Below the pieces are notes generated by a model that did not search any database, was not told the origin of the DNA, and saw only the letters and a program-made list of their open reading frames with translations. A stretch of 49,892 bases of DNA from Nemertoderma westbladi (lineage: Eukaryota > Animalia > Xenacoelomorpha). The stretch lies in assembly GCA_032718475.1 (NCBI GenBank), contig JAUCBJ010003190.1, positions 1-49,892 of the forward strand, written 5' to 3'. Position numbers and translations under genes: made by a program. Positions 10,701-19,905 of this stretch are shown here, piece by piece. Each line of letters begins with the position of its first letter. Positions within the stretch are counted from its first letter, which is position 1.

Positions 10701-11908
10701 GACCTATAAAAATTTATATAAGCCCCTTTCTTTGTCAATGCACGAACTGAAAGAAGATTCTTCCCTAGTTTTGGAACATACAAAACTTCAGAAATACAAA
10801 GTTTAGCTCCGCAAGTAGATTGAATATTAACAATTCCTTTACCTATAGCATTTACATAACGTTTATCACCAAGATAAACATATTTGCAATGGTCAAATTT
10901 TTTATAATTTATGAAACAATCTGACACAAATGTCATATGTTCGGTAGCTCCTGAATCAATATACCAATTATCACACCCAGTATTCGAATTGCTAATATGC
11001 AAAGCAAACGAACAGTTTTCAAGATAATCCAGCTCATTCAATTCTGATTCTGATTCACTACCTTTAACAAGAAGTCCCTCTGACTTCTTTCGAGTTGGAC
11101 ACGCTGAAGCCCAATGTGAATTATCACTGCAAAGTTGACAACCTCTTTGAGTACATTTCCGAGCAAAATGTCCCCCAACACCACACTTTAAACATGGAGC
11201 CTTGCTCTTCCGGAATCCTGGTGAAGAAGTGAACTGCTGCGGCTTGCTACTCCCACTGTCTTGTTGTCCTTTCTTTGCATAACCCTTTTGTTTCACTGAT
11301 AAAAGGGCATTCTCTGTTTCACTATTGTGTGTGTGCCGTGCACTTTCATTAAACAGTAAACCCTTTATATTGTCCCATGACATTTCATTGACAGCAACAT
11401 CAATCGCTGACAGCATGGAATTATACGATGATGGAAGTGATCCTAAAACAGTAAGTGCGAATGCCTTGTCCGTAATATTCTCTTCTGGATCAAGTTCATT
11501 AATCTTTGTGTAAAGATTCCTCATCTCCGTAACATGTTTCTCAACGTTGCCACCATTTGGCAACTGTTTATTGAAAAATTCGGTTCGAAGTCTAACAATC
11601 TTTAGCCATGATTTTCGATCAAACTGTTCCTCTAATGCATCCCAAGTTTCCTTTGCAGTCGTTGCATCCTTTATATAGCAACGCAATTCCGGATCAATAG
11701 CTAGTGCAATAGTTGTGCGTGCGCGAGTTTTCCTTCGCATAAACGCAGCTCTACCAGCTCCTTCCGGTGGAGTAGGATCTCCAATGACAAACTCCCACAA
11801 ATCGTGATGTTCCAATGTAAGCTGCATTGTGTAACGCCATTCACAATAGTTTTCAGACCGCAGTTTCTCGATTTTCTCTATCTTTAAACCGCCAATATCA
11901 TCCGCCAT
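7706..11908 (-). CDS. Copia gag-pol polyprotein, 1400 aa, uninterrupted
   Basis: Two CCHC knuckles (CLKCGVGGHFARKC, CQLCSDNSHWASAC), protease WYIDSGAT, WHERFGH, integrase HSDICGP / RSDNGGEY / NGVAER, RT YKARLVARGF / QMDVKTAFL / LYVDD, RNase H YSDA..AEY..EDNQSAI..RTKHID..ADMFTK. Confidence 0.98.
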   Translation of the reverse strand: MADDIGGLKIEKIEKLRSENYCEWRYTMQLTLEHHDLWEFVIGDPTPPEGAGRAAFMRRKTRARTTIALAIDPELRCYIKDATTAKETWDALEEQFDRKSWLKIVRLRTEFFNKQLPNGGNVEKHVTEMRNLYTKINELDPEENITDKAFALTVLGSLPSSYNSMLSAIDVAVNEMSWDNIKGLLFNESARHTHNSETENALLSVKQKGYAKKGQQDSGSSKPQQFTSSPGFRKSKAPCLKCGVGGHFARKCTQRGCQLCSDNSHWASACPTRKKSEGLLVKGSESESELNELDYLENCSFALHISNSNTGCDNWYIDSGATEHMTFVSDCFINYKKFDHCKYVYLGDKRYVNAIGKGIVNIQSTCGAKLCISEVLYVPKLGKNLLSVRALTKKGAYINFYRSECEIGYGKQVIANGRVDGDLYKLEVHTGNSALVATSLLGQIWHERFGHVGIDSLKQLLDNEMVSGINCDIETFNTNCEGCALGKSHKVPFPTHSSRRADDLVDIVHSDICGPMDTESIGGSKYFATIIDDKSRYTTVYILKHKSELFQCFKDFVAKVENQIGRTVKILRSDNGGEYNSTSLKEYCLSKGIMHEFTVPYNPQQNGVAERMNRTIMELALSMLYAAGLSKQFWAEAVSTAVYIRNRCPTNAVQGSTPYEVWFGNKPDVSSLRIFGCYSFMHLPREKRKKLDAKARKCIFIGYSGKSKGYRLYEPESKRIYESRDVQFFENSFPKMSNRVTNPILKPPYMKESSDVDQGELVVKEAQQTRKSIVDHTSNIVNNQEAQQTRTSIVDHTSNIVNNQEAMEIETIGDSVSSSDGEVFHGFDLDDEPVVETINEGEMTSSSTSKSVHHYPTRQRKPPDRLGTIEWPKAMIVEEESIEPQTLKEAWSRNDGDYWREAMDTEYESLIKNQTWTLVKAPADANIVDCKWILKYKYQPDGSIERYKARLVARGFTQEYGIDYDEVFAPVAKYSAIRTVLAIANQLNWSIHQMDVKTAFLNGELMKEIYMKQPEGYVDDKRPDFVCKLKKAIYGLKQSSRCWNKLIDKHLTSNGFKQNEADPCMYIKYVNDIVVIIVLYVDDILIASSDDEILMQEKCTLSSRFEMVDKGELEYILGMVITRDRKNRTMTINQSKYLENVLERFGMLNCKPVATPIDPNVKFEKRTDDEKPADKTLYQTAIGSLTYAMTGTRPDLATSIGILSKYMSDPSEAHWKGVKRVFRYIRGTLNVGLKYNAKETSVISASGYSDANHAGCSETRKYTSGYIFFVGDCAVSWRSKRQDIVAISSTEAEYVALSSAAQEAKWLRILIANILLSKVEPVMMYEDNQSAIALVKNPVFHNRTKHIDVRFHFIRELIARNIVTVKYCSSKEMTADMFTKGLTKAIFEYHCSKIGLISLE
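9491..9618. repeat. 60-bp in-frame tandem duplication in the Copia IN-RT linker
   Basis: 9491-9550 and 9551-9610 differ at 2 positions. They encode EAQQTR(K/T)SIVDHTSNIVNNQ twice. Confidence 0.93.
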
Positions 11909-12134
11909 TTCAGTAAACTATCTGTGTGCAATTAATTATATCAGCAACAAAGGAGTAAACAATATCGATTTGTTAAATTTCAGTCACTGATCCTTTCCCA
12001 CTACTGCTACCGCTTGCCGGTACCGGTAACCACGATAATTAGCGATTTTAGTATTTGCAAAGTTTCCTTGCATACCGGTACTCATTACAATTCATTACAA
12101 TTAACAGTACCATAGCATCTGACTGCCTGTTACT

Positions 12135-12147
12135 TGGGCCCATAACC
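12135..12147 (-). promoter_or_regulatory. Primer-binding site complementary to the anticodon arm of initiator tRNA-Met (half-tRNA priming)
   Basis: GGTTATGGGCCCA immediately follows the 5' LTR, matching the Drosophila copia-type PBS. Confidence 0.9.
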
Positions 12148-12413
12148 TGTTAGAAGTTGAAGTGTATATATCGAATATCATTATAATATATTAGGCCTAC
12201 TAGCCAAACATGACTGCAGATATATAAACCTAGCGCAGTATAGCAGTACTTCTGACAGTCATTGTAGATGCTCAGTACCGGTTGCCGGTAGCACAATGAT
12301 AAACTATAATGTAATACAACTAGAGTATTTAAATTTCCCACCACACCCTTAAGATACTGATTATCGCATAATATATTGTCATACAGTTTAAAGGTAAGTT
12401 ACAGTTTCTAACA
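12148..12413 (-). repeat. 5' LTR of the Copia element
   Basis: Direct repeat of 7400-7665, adjacent to the PBS. Confidence 0.97.
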
Positions 12414-13430
12414 GATGGTGACTCAGAACCATTTGAAGTATTATGGGGAGTCCTCCAAGGAGACACACTTGCGCCATTCTTGTTCATAATTGTGGTTGAC
12501 TATGTTCTATGCATATCCTTAGATCATCATAATGATGATGGGGTGATGGTAACTCCACCTATTGGCTCCAGAAATCGAAATCCTGCCAAGTACCTAACTG
12601 ATCAAGACTTTGCTGATGACTTAGGAGTACTCTCAGAATCATTAGAGGGAGCCCAACGGCTCCTCAGCTCATTAGAACATGCTGCTTCTAGTGTTGGTCT
12701 TTTTATTAACTCCATAAAGACCAAAATTTTGACAGTTAACTTTGAAAGTCCTCAGCAAGTCTCTGACCGGATGAGCATAAGCTCAAAGGATGGTATTCTT
12801 GAACATGTGGACGACTTCTGTTACCTGGGATCATGGATCCGGAAGTCAGGTGATGACCTTCGAATACGTAAGGGAAAGGCATGAGCAGCCTTGAATAGGC
12901 TTTCCAGGATTTGGAAGTCACAGAGAATTAGTCGGAAACTTAAGTTCCGATTATTTAGAGCAGCAGTAGTTCCAGTACTCCTCTCTGGGAGTCCATGCTG
13001 GGCTCTAAGTGCTGAGGACACCAAATCTTTGGATGGCACATTCACAAGAATGCTACGCCGGGTTCATTGTGTCAAGTACAATGCGCACATCTCCAACCAG
13101 ACACTATATAACATTGGAGGTATCTCATTGGTTCCCCCAAGCTTGACACTAGAACAAAATCGCCTCCGCTTTGCAGGACATTGCTTTCGCCGTGAGGACC
13201 AGCCAGTGCATAATCTTGTACTTTGGCAGCCTCATGGAGTGAATAAGCATGGTGGACAGCCCATGACTTTCTTGAGACGCATCTTAAAGGACACTGGCCT
13301 TGAAGATGCGGATGATCTTGCAAATGTCATGGGTGATAGGGAGTTGTGGTGGCGCAATTTTGTCGACAAGCCGGCACAGCATTCTTAAAAATGCAGCTGC
13401 AATGCAGCATGCCGATCGTAGTAGTAGTAG
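12414..13430 (+). mobile_element. RTE-like LINE, 3' part, with a premature stop and a (GTA)n tail
   Basis: Continues the RT: DGDSEPF..GVLQGDTLAPFLF, DFADDL, GLFINSIKTK, VDDFCYLGSWI. TGA at 12882-12884 sits where Trp is expected (KA*AA). Then RLRFAGHCFR and a stop at 13388. GTAGTAGTAGTAG tail at 13418-13430. Confidence 0.9.
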
Positions 13431-13998
13431 CCTAGGCTGAGAACACTCCCCTTAGGCAGAGATGACTCATCTAGTTGCAAAAAATTGTTTATAGTTGTTT
13501 CTGACTTAGGATCTAAGTTCGTTTTACCATATACATATACAGGCAGCTAGTATACTACTTTTTGGCAGTGATTTTTTTTATGTCCGTTCATTTGACTTTT
13601 TATCCGTAATTTTTTACGAATTTTGCCTAATACCTTTGTTGTCCGCAGTATGACTTTTTATTTATGCAATTCTTCAATTAAGGGAAAGGAGCAGGTTACA
13701 TAGATGGTATTTTCAAACCAAAACAATAAACGATAACATTACCAATTCAGAGAAAGGAGCAGGTTACAGAGGCGGGCTTTTCTAACCAAAACAATAAACA
13801 GTTACTATACAAAATGAGGAAAAAGAGCAGGTAACAGAGACGGGGTTTTCTAACTATTTAATATAATTATTTAACATTGAGAAAGGCAGCATCAGGATTC
13901 AACCTAAAGAGCACACAATGTAATAAATAATTATTTGTAGGGTTTTTCGAAATTAGGGGAGTCATCTCAGCCTAATGGGAGTGCTCCCAGCCTAGGCT
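13429..13998. mobile_element. MITE-like or foldback element with 40-bp imperfect terminal inverted repeats
   Basis: 13429-13468 is the reverse complement of 13959-13998 at 36/40 positions. The interior is AT-rich and non-coding. Confidence 0.6.
13684..13855. repeat. Degenerate ~68-bp tandem repeat, ~2.5 copies
   Basis: GAAAGGAGCAGGTTACA...TTTTC(T/A)AACCAAAACAATAAAC recurs near 13684, 13752 and (partially) 13820. Confidence 0.75.
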
Positions 13999-14184
13999 GG
14001 GATAATTGTGGTGTGTTCTCGGCCGAGGCTGAGACGACTGAGGACTGTGAGGAGAGTTCGCAGACTAGGCTGGGAACACTCCTCAGTCGTCTCAGCCTAG
14101 GCTGGGAACACTCCTCAGTCGTCTCAGCCTAGGCTGAGACGACTGCTCTCAAGGAGTGTTCTCAGCCTAGGTTGAGACAACTGA
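13988..14184. repeat. Cluster of 32-bp units in both orientations, joined at CAGCCTAGGCTG palindromes
   Basis: Exact tandem copies at 14065-14096 and 14097-14128. Perfect 30-bp palindrome at 14116-14145. Inverted degenerate copies on either side. Confidence 0.85.
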
Positions 14185-14602
14185 AGACACGGGGGGCGTG
14201 GTTGTCTGGCCATGGCCACTTTGGGCTTGTGCGACACACATTTATCGCATCCAGGACTTATACTATTAGGTATTCAAGCTTCAACACTATGCGCATGCAC
14301 TGAATTTTCTACATACTTTAAGATTTCAGAAAATAGATTGGTTATTAGGGTTTTCGAAAAAATATTTCTTGTAAAAAATCACCTGATTTTGGCTACTATT
14401 TTGTATCTCGGGCCATACGTTATTAGCACACTATCGTATCCCCCTTCCATTGAGATTATAGGCCTGCGCTTCGTAATAATTATTTGCTTGTGCGCTGTCA
14501 CTATAAGGCAGTTAGGTCGCCGCACTAACACCTAAGTTATACTACTACTATCACTATCCAACCCTTTTATTTACACTCCCTGTAGGTTCAAATTACAGCT
14601 GC

Positions 14603-14630
14603 ACCCCCCCCCCCCCCCCCCCCCCCCCCC
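14603..14630. repeat. Poly-C tract (~28 nt)
   Basis: Uninterrupted C run; the G-rich strand could form a G-quadruplex. Confidence 0.9.
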
Positions 14631-15549
14631 ACCCGAATGTTTGTAATAAAACATACTGGCACTGCAATATAGAATATAAAGAAATATTATCTTTACAATG
14701 AAGCTTATATAAAATAGCAATATAAATACTGTAACACCACCTGTGTCACTCACTAGTCGGCATATTAATCGAGCACAAACTGGTACAAAGTGGGCTGGGG
14801 TCGCCTCTATTATAACTTTACCGTATCTGTTTGCGAGAAAACTCAAAATTAAAATAGAATATTATAAAAAAAGTTCCGAATTACTTAGAAGGATTTGTAA
14901 CGATATCATGTGGCATACCGGTATCAATGTGTCTCAAAAACTAAGTAAGAAATTAAGGTTAAAGAAATTAAAACAAAGCTGAGTAAAGTATCACATTATA
15001 GGATTACGTACCGAGTTGCTACTACTGCTGAACTGGTATTAATAGTTTTACAAACAGAATATGGTTTCTGGTAAGTAGATTCACCGGTAGACCTTCATAC
15101 TTTTACTTTAAAATGTAAGAGCGCTTTTACAAAAATGACATAGTGATTATTAATAATTCACTACAATAAACTCTACTGAAGTAAACAATAGGAAAAAACA
15201 TTTTACTTTACAGCTAAAAGGTTAGTCACTCTCTACTCTCTAGAAAACAAAATTGCATAATAACACATTCGGCCTAACAGAGGGCTACATCCTACATAAC
15301 TAAAAATTCGCGTCAAAAATACAAAAATAGGTGGTTGGCGTAATATTTATTTGAACTGTATAGTGTTACTAAAACTAGATGAAGTTGGTTTAGTGTTGAG
15401 GTAATTTTGTAGCGGAATATTTTAATATCTCCGCAACTTTTACTACTTTACTATTTCGCTTGAACTAATTAATAACACGTCTTGGCATTAATTTAAATTT
15501 CGGACAGGTACGTTGTTCTTTCAGGCAACTGCTCTGTCGGAAATTTATA

Positions 15550-16803
15550 CTAATGATGCGGTGTTTGTGTCCAATCGTCTGTCAATGGATCTCTAGTCCA
15601 ATCTCGAGGAAGCGTCGCCGTTGAATAATAATTTTTCACCGTCGTATTATAAATGGGCAGCAATTCGTCAGCGTGTTCGCCGAATACGCGAAGGTATATG
15701 ATGGCCTTAGTCCCGTATCCCTCCATGGACACAAGCTGAAGGTCTCCGTGTAGGTACCGCGCGTAGAGCCGCGATATCGGTAGGCCGTACCCGTACCCTG
15801 CCATCGGAACGCCCACGCCATTGTCCACGGCAGGGAGAGGCGCTGTCGTGTACATGTACTCCCATATGTGACCCATCTGGCGTCGTGGAATCCCGCCACC
15901 TCTATCCGAGACCACTACGGTCACGTCCTCATCGCCCTTACAGATAGATACCTCGACTGGCGGAGGGCTATCCTCCAACCCGTTAAACTCCATAGTCGCT
16001 CTCATTGCGTTCTTAATCAACTCAAAGATGATATGATAGAGATGGGAAGGAACACAAGTCATAGTTACCTTGTCTTCGTTTTTATTGAGTATCTTGACTT
16101 CCAACTTGGGTGAGTCCAGGTAATCTCGGTCGCACAGATCCTTCGCGTCTTCGAACGCGCCTTTAACGACGTCGGCGACGTCGCAGTTTGGGTCTATACT
16201 CCCGACGAATCCGTGTTGGAACACGGGGTCCTCCGAAAAGAGCAACGTGTGCTGGTTGATTAGCATCCGGATCCCAATCCGACTCAGGTAGAACCGGTCC
16301 AGGAAGTAGGTTATATTCTCGTTGATCTTGGAGAAATTCTCGAGGTTCGTGGCCCCATCCGTGATCCCTAGACTAGATCTCATGTCAGCAACGCCCTCGG
16401 CCATCGTCTGCACTGCGTTTCGATTCCGATTTCGAATATCTATTATAGTTTTTGTGAATTCTTTCAGGGTTTCAAACGTTGATTCCTTATCCTCATAGGC
16501 CACTATATCCATCAAACATTGATTATAACTCTGTAATACAACCTGCGCGCTTCTTGTTTCTAATAATTTCGAGGGCCCAACTTTGAATTCCTTCATTATG
16601 TTTGCGAATCTCACGGGGATTTCGTAGCGAAGGAAGTTGTAGCTGCTGTCCTCCCGAAGGGGTTGCAAGGAGCCGAAATCTACGAGTTTCTTAATCGATA
16701 AAGACGTTGGTTCGAACCTAGAGTAGCGGTCTATAGTTCGAGCCAGTTCCGTGTTACCTTGGTTACACATGGAACGCCGCGGCCGCCCCCCATATCGAAT
16801 CAT
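15550..16803 (-). CDS. PDK: Mitochondrial pyruvate dehydrogenase kinase, intronless; likely start at ATG 16803 rather than 16851
   Basis: SRFEPTSLSIKKLVDFG, FLRYEIPVRFANIMKE, FLDRFYLSRIGIRMLINQH, N box ELIKNAMRA, G1 DRGGG, G2 AGYGYGLPISRLYARY, SMEGYGT and C-terminal DW. Arg-rich N-terminus MIRYGGRPRRS. Confidence 0.95.
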   Translation of the reverse strand: MIRYGGRPRRSMCNQGNTELARTIDRYSRFEPTSLSIKKLVDFGSLQPLREDSSYNFLRYEIPVRFANIMKEFKVGPSKLLETRSAQVVLQSYNQCLMDIVAYEDKESTFETLKEFTKTIIDIRNRNRNAVQTMAEGVADMRSSLGITDGATNLENFSKINENITYFLDRFYLSRIGIRMLINQHTLLFSEDPVFQHGFVGSIDPNCDVADVVKGAFEDAKDLCDRDYLDSPKLEVKILNKNEDKVTMTCVPSHLYHIIFELIKNAMRATMEFNGLEDSPPPVEVSICKGDEDVTVVVSDRGGGIPRRQMGHIWEYMYTTAPLPAVDNGVGVPMAGYGYGLPISRLYARYLHGDLQLVSMEGYGTKAIIYLRVFGEHADELLPIYNTTVKNYYSTATLPRDWTRDPLTDDWTQTPHH

Positions 16804-17740
16804 TATCGAGTCGCCAGATTTTACTAAGACACAATAAATGCACTGCAGCACAATATTACCGGCAGAGCGGTACTGGTATGATTAAACCTGGTCAAATTCG
16901 CTGTTGTTGTTTTAAAATGTTCACAATACAACAACCAAGTATCAAGAAATTACCCAATAGAAGCCCGACAAAACCAAACCTAAGGTACAGAAGAACTACT
17001 AATCCAACAATGTTTCCTCTGTTTACAGTAATAAATTGTGATGGAGTTGATCTATTGGGCTTTGATTGGCTGATTGGTAAGAATTAATTGGTGGGATATT
17101 TGAATCATGTGTTGCATTGCTATTTTAATTTTATTTCACTGGTTTACAATAAATTGCACTTAGCCTAATACTTAACCTCCTTACCTTCCGTGCCCTTACA
17201 GTTGTTTTAAATGTAACTATTTATTAATTTATTTAGGGATAATAGTTACCCGAACATAGGAACTACGGAACTATACGCTTAATATATGAGCGAAAAGAAT
17301 TTGCAACATTTATGTGCTGTCTACCTGTTGTACTTAGTACCTGGTACGATTTAGCGTAGGCCTACCTACTGTTATCGTACCGTATGTACTAGTACTGTGG
17401 TTATTGTATGTAGTCTGATATGAAATTCTGATGAAAGTTTCAAGTACATGTTAATGATTGATTTAATGTTACTATTACTAATTATAATTATATGTAATGT
17501 AATTAATGCAGTAGGAGTAGCAGTTATGTGTAACAAATGACAAAGCAATAAGCAGTCAGCCGAAGCCAGTAATTGTTTAACTCTTTCGATAGATTGTAGG
17601 CCTATATTTGTATATTATTGTATACTATTGTATATTTATTCATAGACAGACATTATTTATGCCTTTTCAATGCATGTAGCGTATAACTCAACTCTTCAGT
17701 TACTTCGTCACGTCAATTTCTATTGTGTTTTTGTTGATAG

Positions 17741-17921
17741 GGATATCTTAGACAAGGCTGAAAGAGAACATGAATCTAGCATTGCCAACAGTAAACATTT
17801 GTTAAATACATATCAACAACTTGGTCCAACCTGGACAAGCATGGTGAACACTTACCGAAAACTGCAAAGCAACATTGAGAATAAAGAATGGGCGTTGAAG
17901 GAATTCGATGCTACTACCTGA
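17741..17921 (+). CDS. HAUS4: Terminal exon of a HAUS augmin-like complex subunit 4 homolog (partial)
   Basis: Acceptor TTTTTGTTGATAG ends at 17740. Peptide (R)DILDKAEREHESSIANSKHLLNTYQQLGPTWTSMVNTYRKLQSNIENKEWALKEF* resembles the HAUS4 C-terminus as I recall it (..NSRQVLNSYEVLG..F..LV.EY..LK...ENKRWALQEF). Confidence 0.72.
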
Positions 17922-18091
17922 CGGACTGTTTTTTCGCCGTGTATCCTTATTACCTATGTAATGTACATAAATACTAAAATATACTTACAAAAGGATGCTT
18001 TTATTGAAAGATTTGAAGAAATAATTGCCTACTGAATTATAACTTCGCGAACTAAAGATACTTCAGTATCGCTTTTAATTAATTATCAACT

Positions 18092-18267
18092 ATGATGCGT
18101 TTCATAAAACTATTGAGTAACCGATCATCAGTGAAATGTAATTGTCACCTCCGGTCAATGATTCGTTCGTGTCATGTCTCTTCAGGAGCTGTTCTTGAAC
18201 TTTCTAAACTGAATGATCTGATGCAATGCATTCCAATGGTAAACCCAAATAAACCTCCATTGATAAG
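18092..18267 (+). CDS. MGME1: MGME1 exon 1 (putative mitochondrial targeting peptide), missed by the ORF track
   Basis: ATG at 18092 opens MMRFIKLLSNRSSVKCNCHLRSMIRSC... to the donor AG|GTAAGT at 18267/18268. Its phase (2) matches the acceptor TTTCATTGCAG at 18722. Confidence 0.75.
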
Positions 18268-18722
18268 GTAAGTACCACATTGTATTTTTTTTTCTTAACA
18301 TGCGTTGCTCATTGCAAATATCCCCATGCCCAATGCCCATCAAATCATAATATATAAAATTTATTTTTAAGTTAAATATTTCATATATTATCTTTTTAGA
18401 TGTTTAATTATGATTTTACATTTGACATTTCGATCTTTGGATGATACTAAAACAAAAACAACTGTTTTAAATATAATCGCATTCTCGAAGTAGTAGTCTC
18501 TCAACTCTTAAAAAGTTACAATAGGGGCCTACTCGCTTTAGTTGTGTTCGGATTACAAAACCCCCTATAATAGTAAAGATAGACGCTTGAAAAGCCATAA
18601 ACTATTGTTTAATAATCTTCATCCCCCTTCTAACTCGTACACCAGCTTTAACTTGGGCCCTATCAGAGAATCTATGCCGAGTTTGTTGTTTTGAACTTAT
18701 GTAATTAATTATTTCATTGCAG

Positions 18723-19446
18723 GTCGGAGCATCCAGCATTATGTGTACCGAAACAGACAGACGATACCGACAGCGTTAGTGTTTCTAACGTTCTTCAAAC
18801 AACCATGCCGGAAGAACAAAGAAAAGTCTTAGAGAAATGGAAAGCGAGAATGATTGTTGAGTTGGGCGAAGGGGGTTTTCTGTCGTACCAGCGTCAGCTA
18901 TTGGACGAGGGCTCCCAACTGCATCGCGCCATCGAGTGTTGGTTAAAGGGATCGCCAATTGCGGACGAGGATTCCGAAACCGGCCACTGGGAGAGTGTAT
19001 CCTGGATGATGGAGGGTCTCTACGGGAGAGGGGTGTACACGGAGTCGTGGTTGCGTCACGATCTCCTAGGTTACCGCGGTATACTGGATTCTGTTGTGAT
19101 TCGAGACGAATCCGCCGTTCTCATCGACTGGAAGACCTCGAGTAAACCGAAACGCAGCATCCACGCTACGTTCGATAATCCCCTACAGTTGGCGGCCTAC
19201 GTCGGGGCTATAAACTGGGACCCAAGGTACCCGGGCGCTGTGTCACAAGGTCTCCTTGTCTACGCGTACAGGGACGGTAGCGTAGCCAGCGCCTTCGAAC
19301 TGTCGCAGGAAGTGTTAGAACGCTATTGGAGGGTTTGGTTGGGTCGTCTGTTTCTTTATTTTAGGGATTTTGCGAGTTTTAATCAGCAGCAGTTGTTATT
19401 CACTCGCCTCAACCATTGGTGGAACTCATTAGGGTATAGGGATTAG
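18723..19446 (+). CDS. MGME1: Mitochondrial genome maintenance exonuclease 1, exon 2 (PD-(D/E)XK nuclease); spliced product 299 aa
   Basis: SVSNVLQTTM..Q..VLEKWKARMIVELGEGGF, G.QLH.AIE, GILDSV, IDWKTS, TFDNPLQLAAYVGAINWDPRY and YW..WL.RL are characteristic of MGME1. Confidence 0.92.
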
Positions 19447-19905
19447 AGTCAAATCAAATCAATCAAATTTAGTGTTTTATTTTATCTTAGTCAAATAATA
19501 TTCGAAACATTTACATTTTGAACATTACTTATTGATTCCCATAACTCTCAATTGAAGTCATTTGAGTTTAAACAAATATTTTATAATATGGCCAAATCTA
19601 TGCCATCCAAGTCCCCTCAGACATGTGGGGGAGGGGGGGGGGGGGGGTCCAAATTTACAATCATCTTTTCATAACCTATTAATTGCCTGCCCCTGAGTTT
19701 TTTTTTCTAAATATATTTATGAAATTTATAAATTAAATCGCAATTTCTAAATTTTTTTAAACTAGTTTAGAAATATTTCTACAACTAAAAATTGGAATAA
19801 GGAAATGTAACAATTTAAATTTTACTCTACAACTTTAAATTCAAAATTTAGTATTACCACCACGTAAACCAACGTCAACTCTAAATCTTGGTCATGCCAT
19901 GTGTA

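Larger units (their letters stand above)
7400..12413 (-). mobile_element. Full-length Ty1/Copia LTR retrotransposon (5,014 bp) inserted in the LINE
   Basis: Two 266-bp LTRs with TGTTAGAA...TTCTAACA ends. TSD GATGG at 7395-7399 and 12414-12418. Single intact polyprotein in gag-PR-IN-RT-RH order. PBS and PPT present. Confidence 0.98.

Noticed and set aside
14212-14982. ORFs of 107, 91 and 79 aa, one with poly-Gly
   Set aside because: No recognisable domains; the poly-Gly is just the poly-C tract read on the minus strand.
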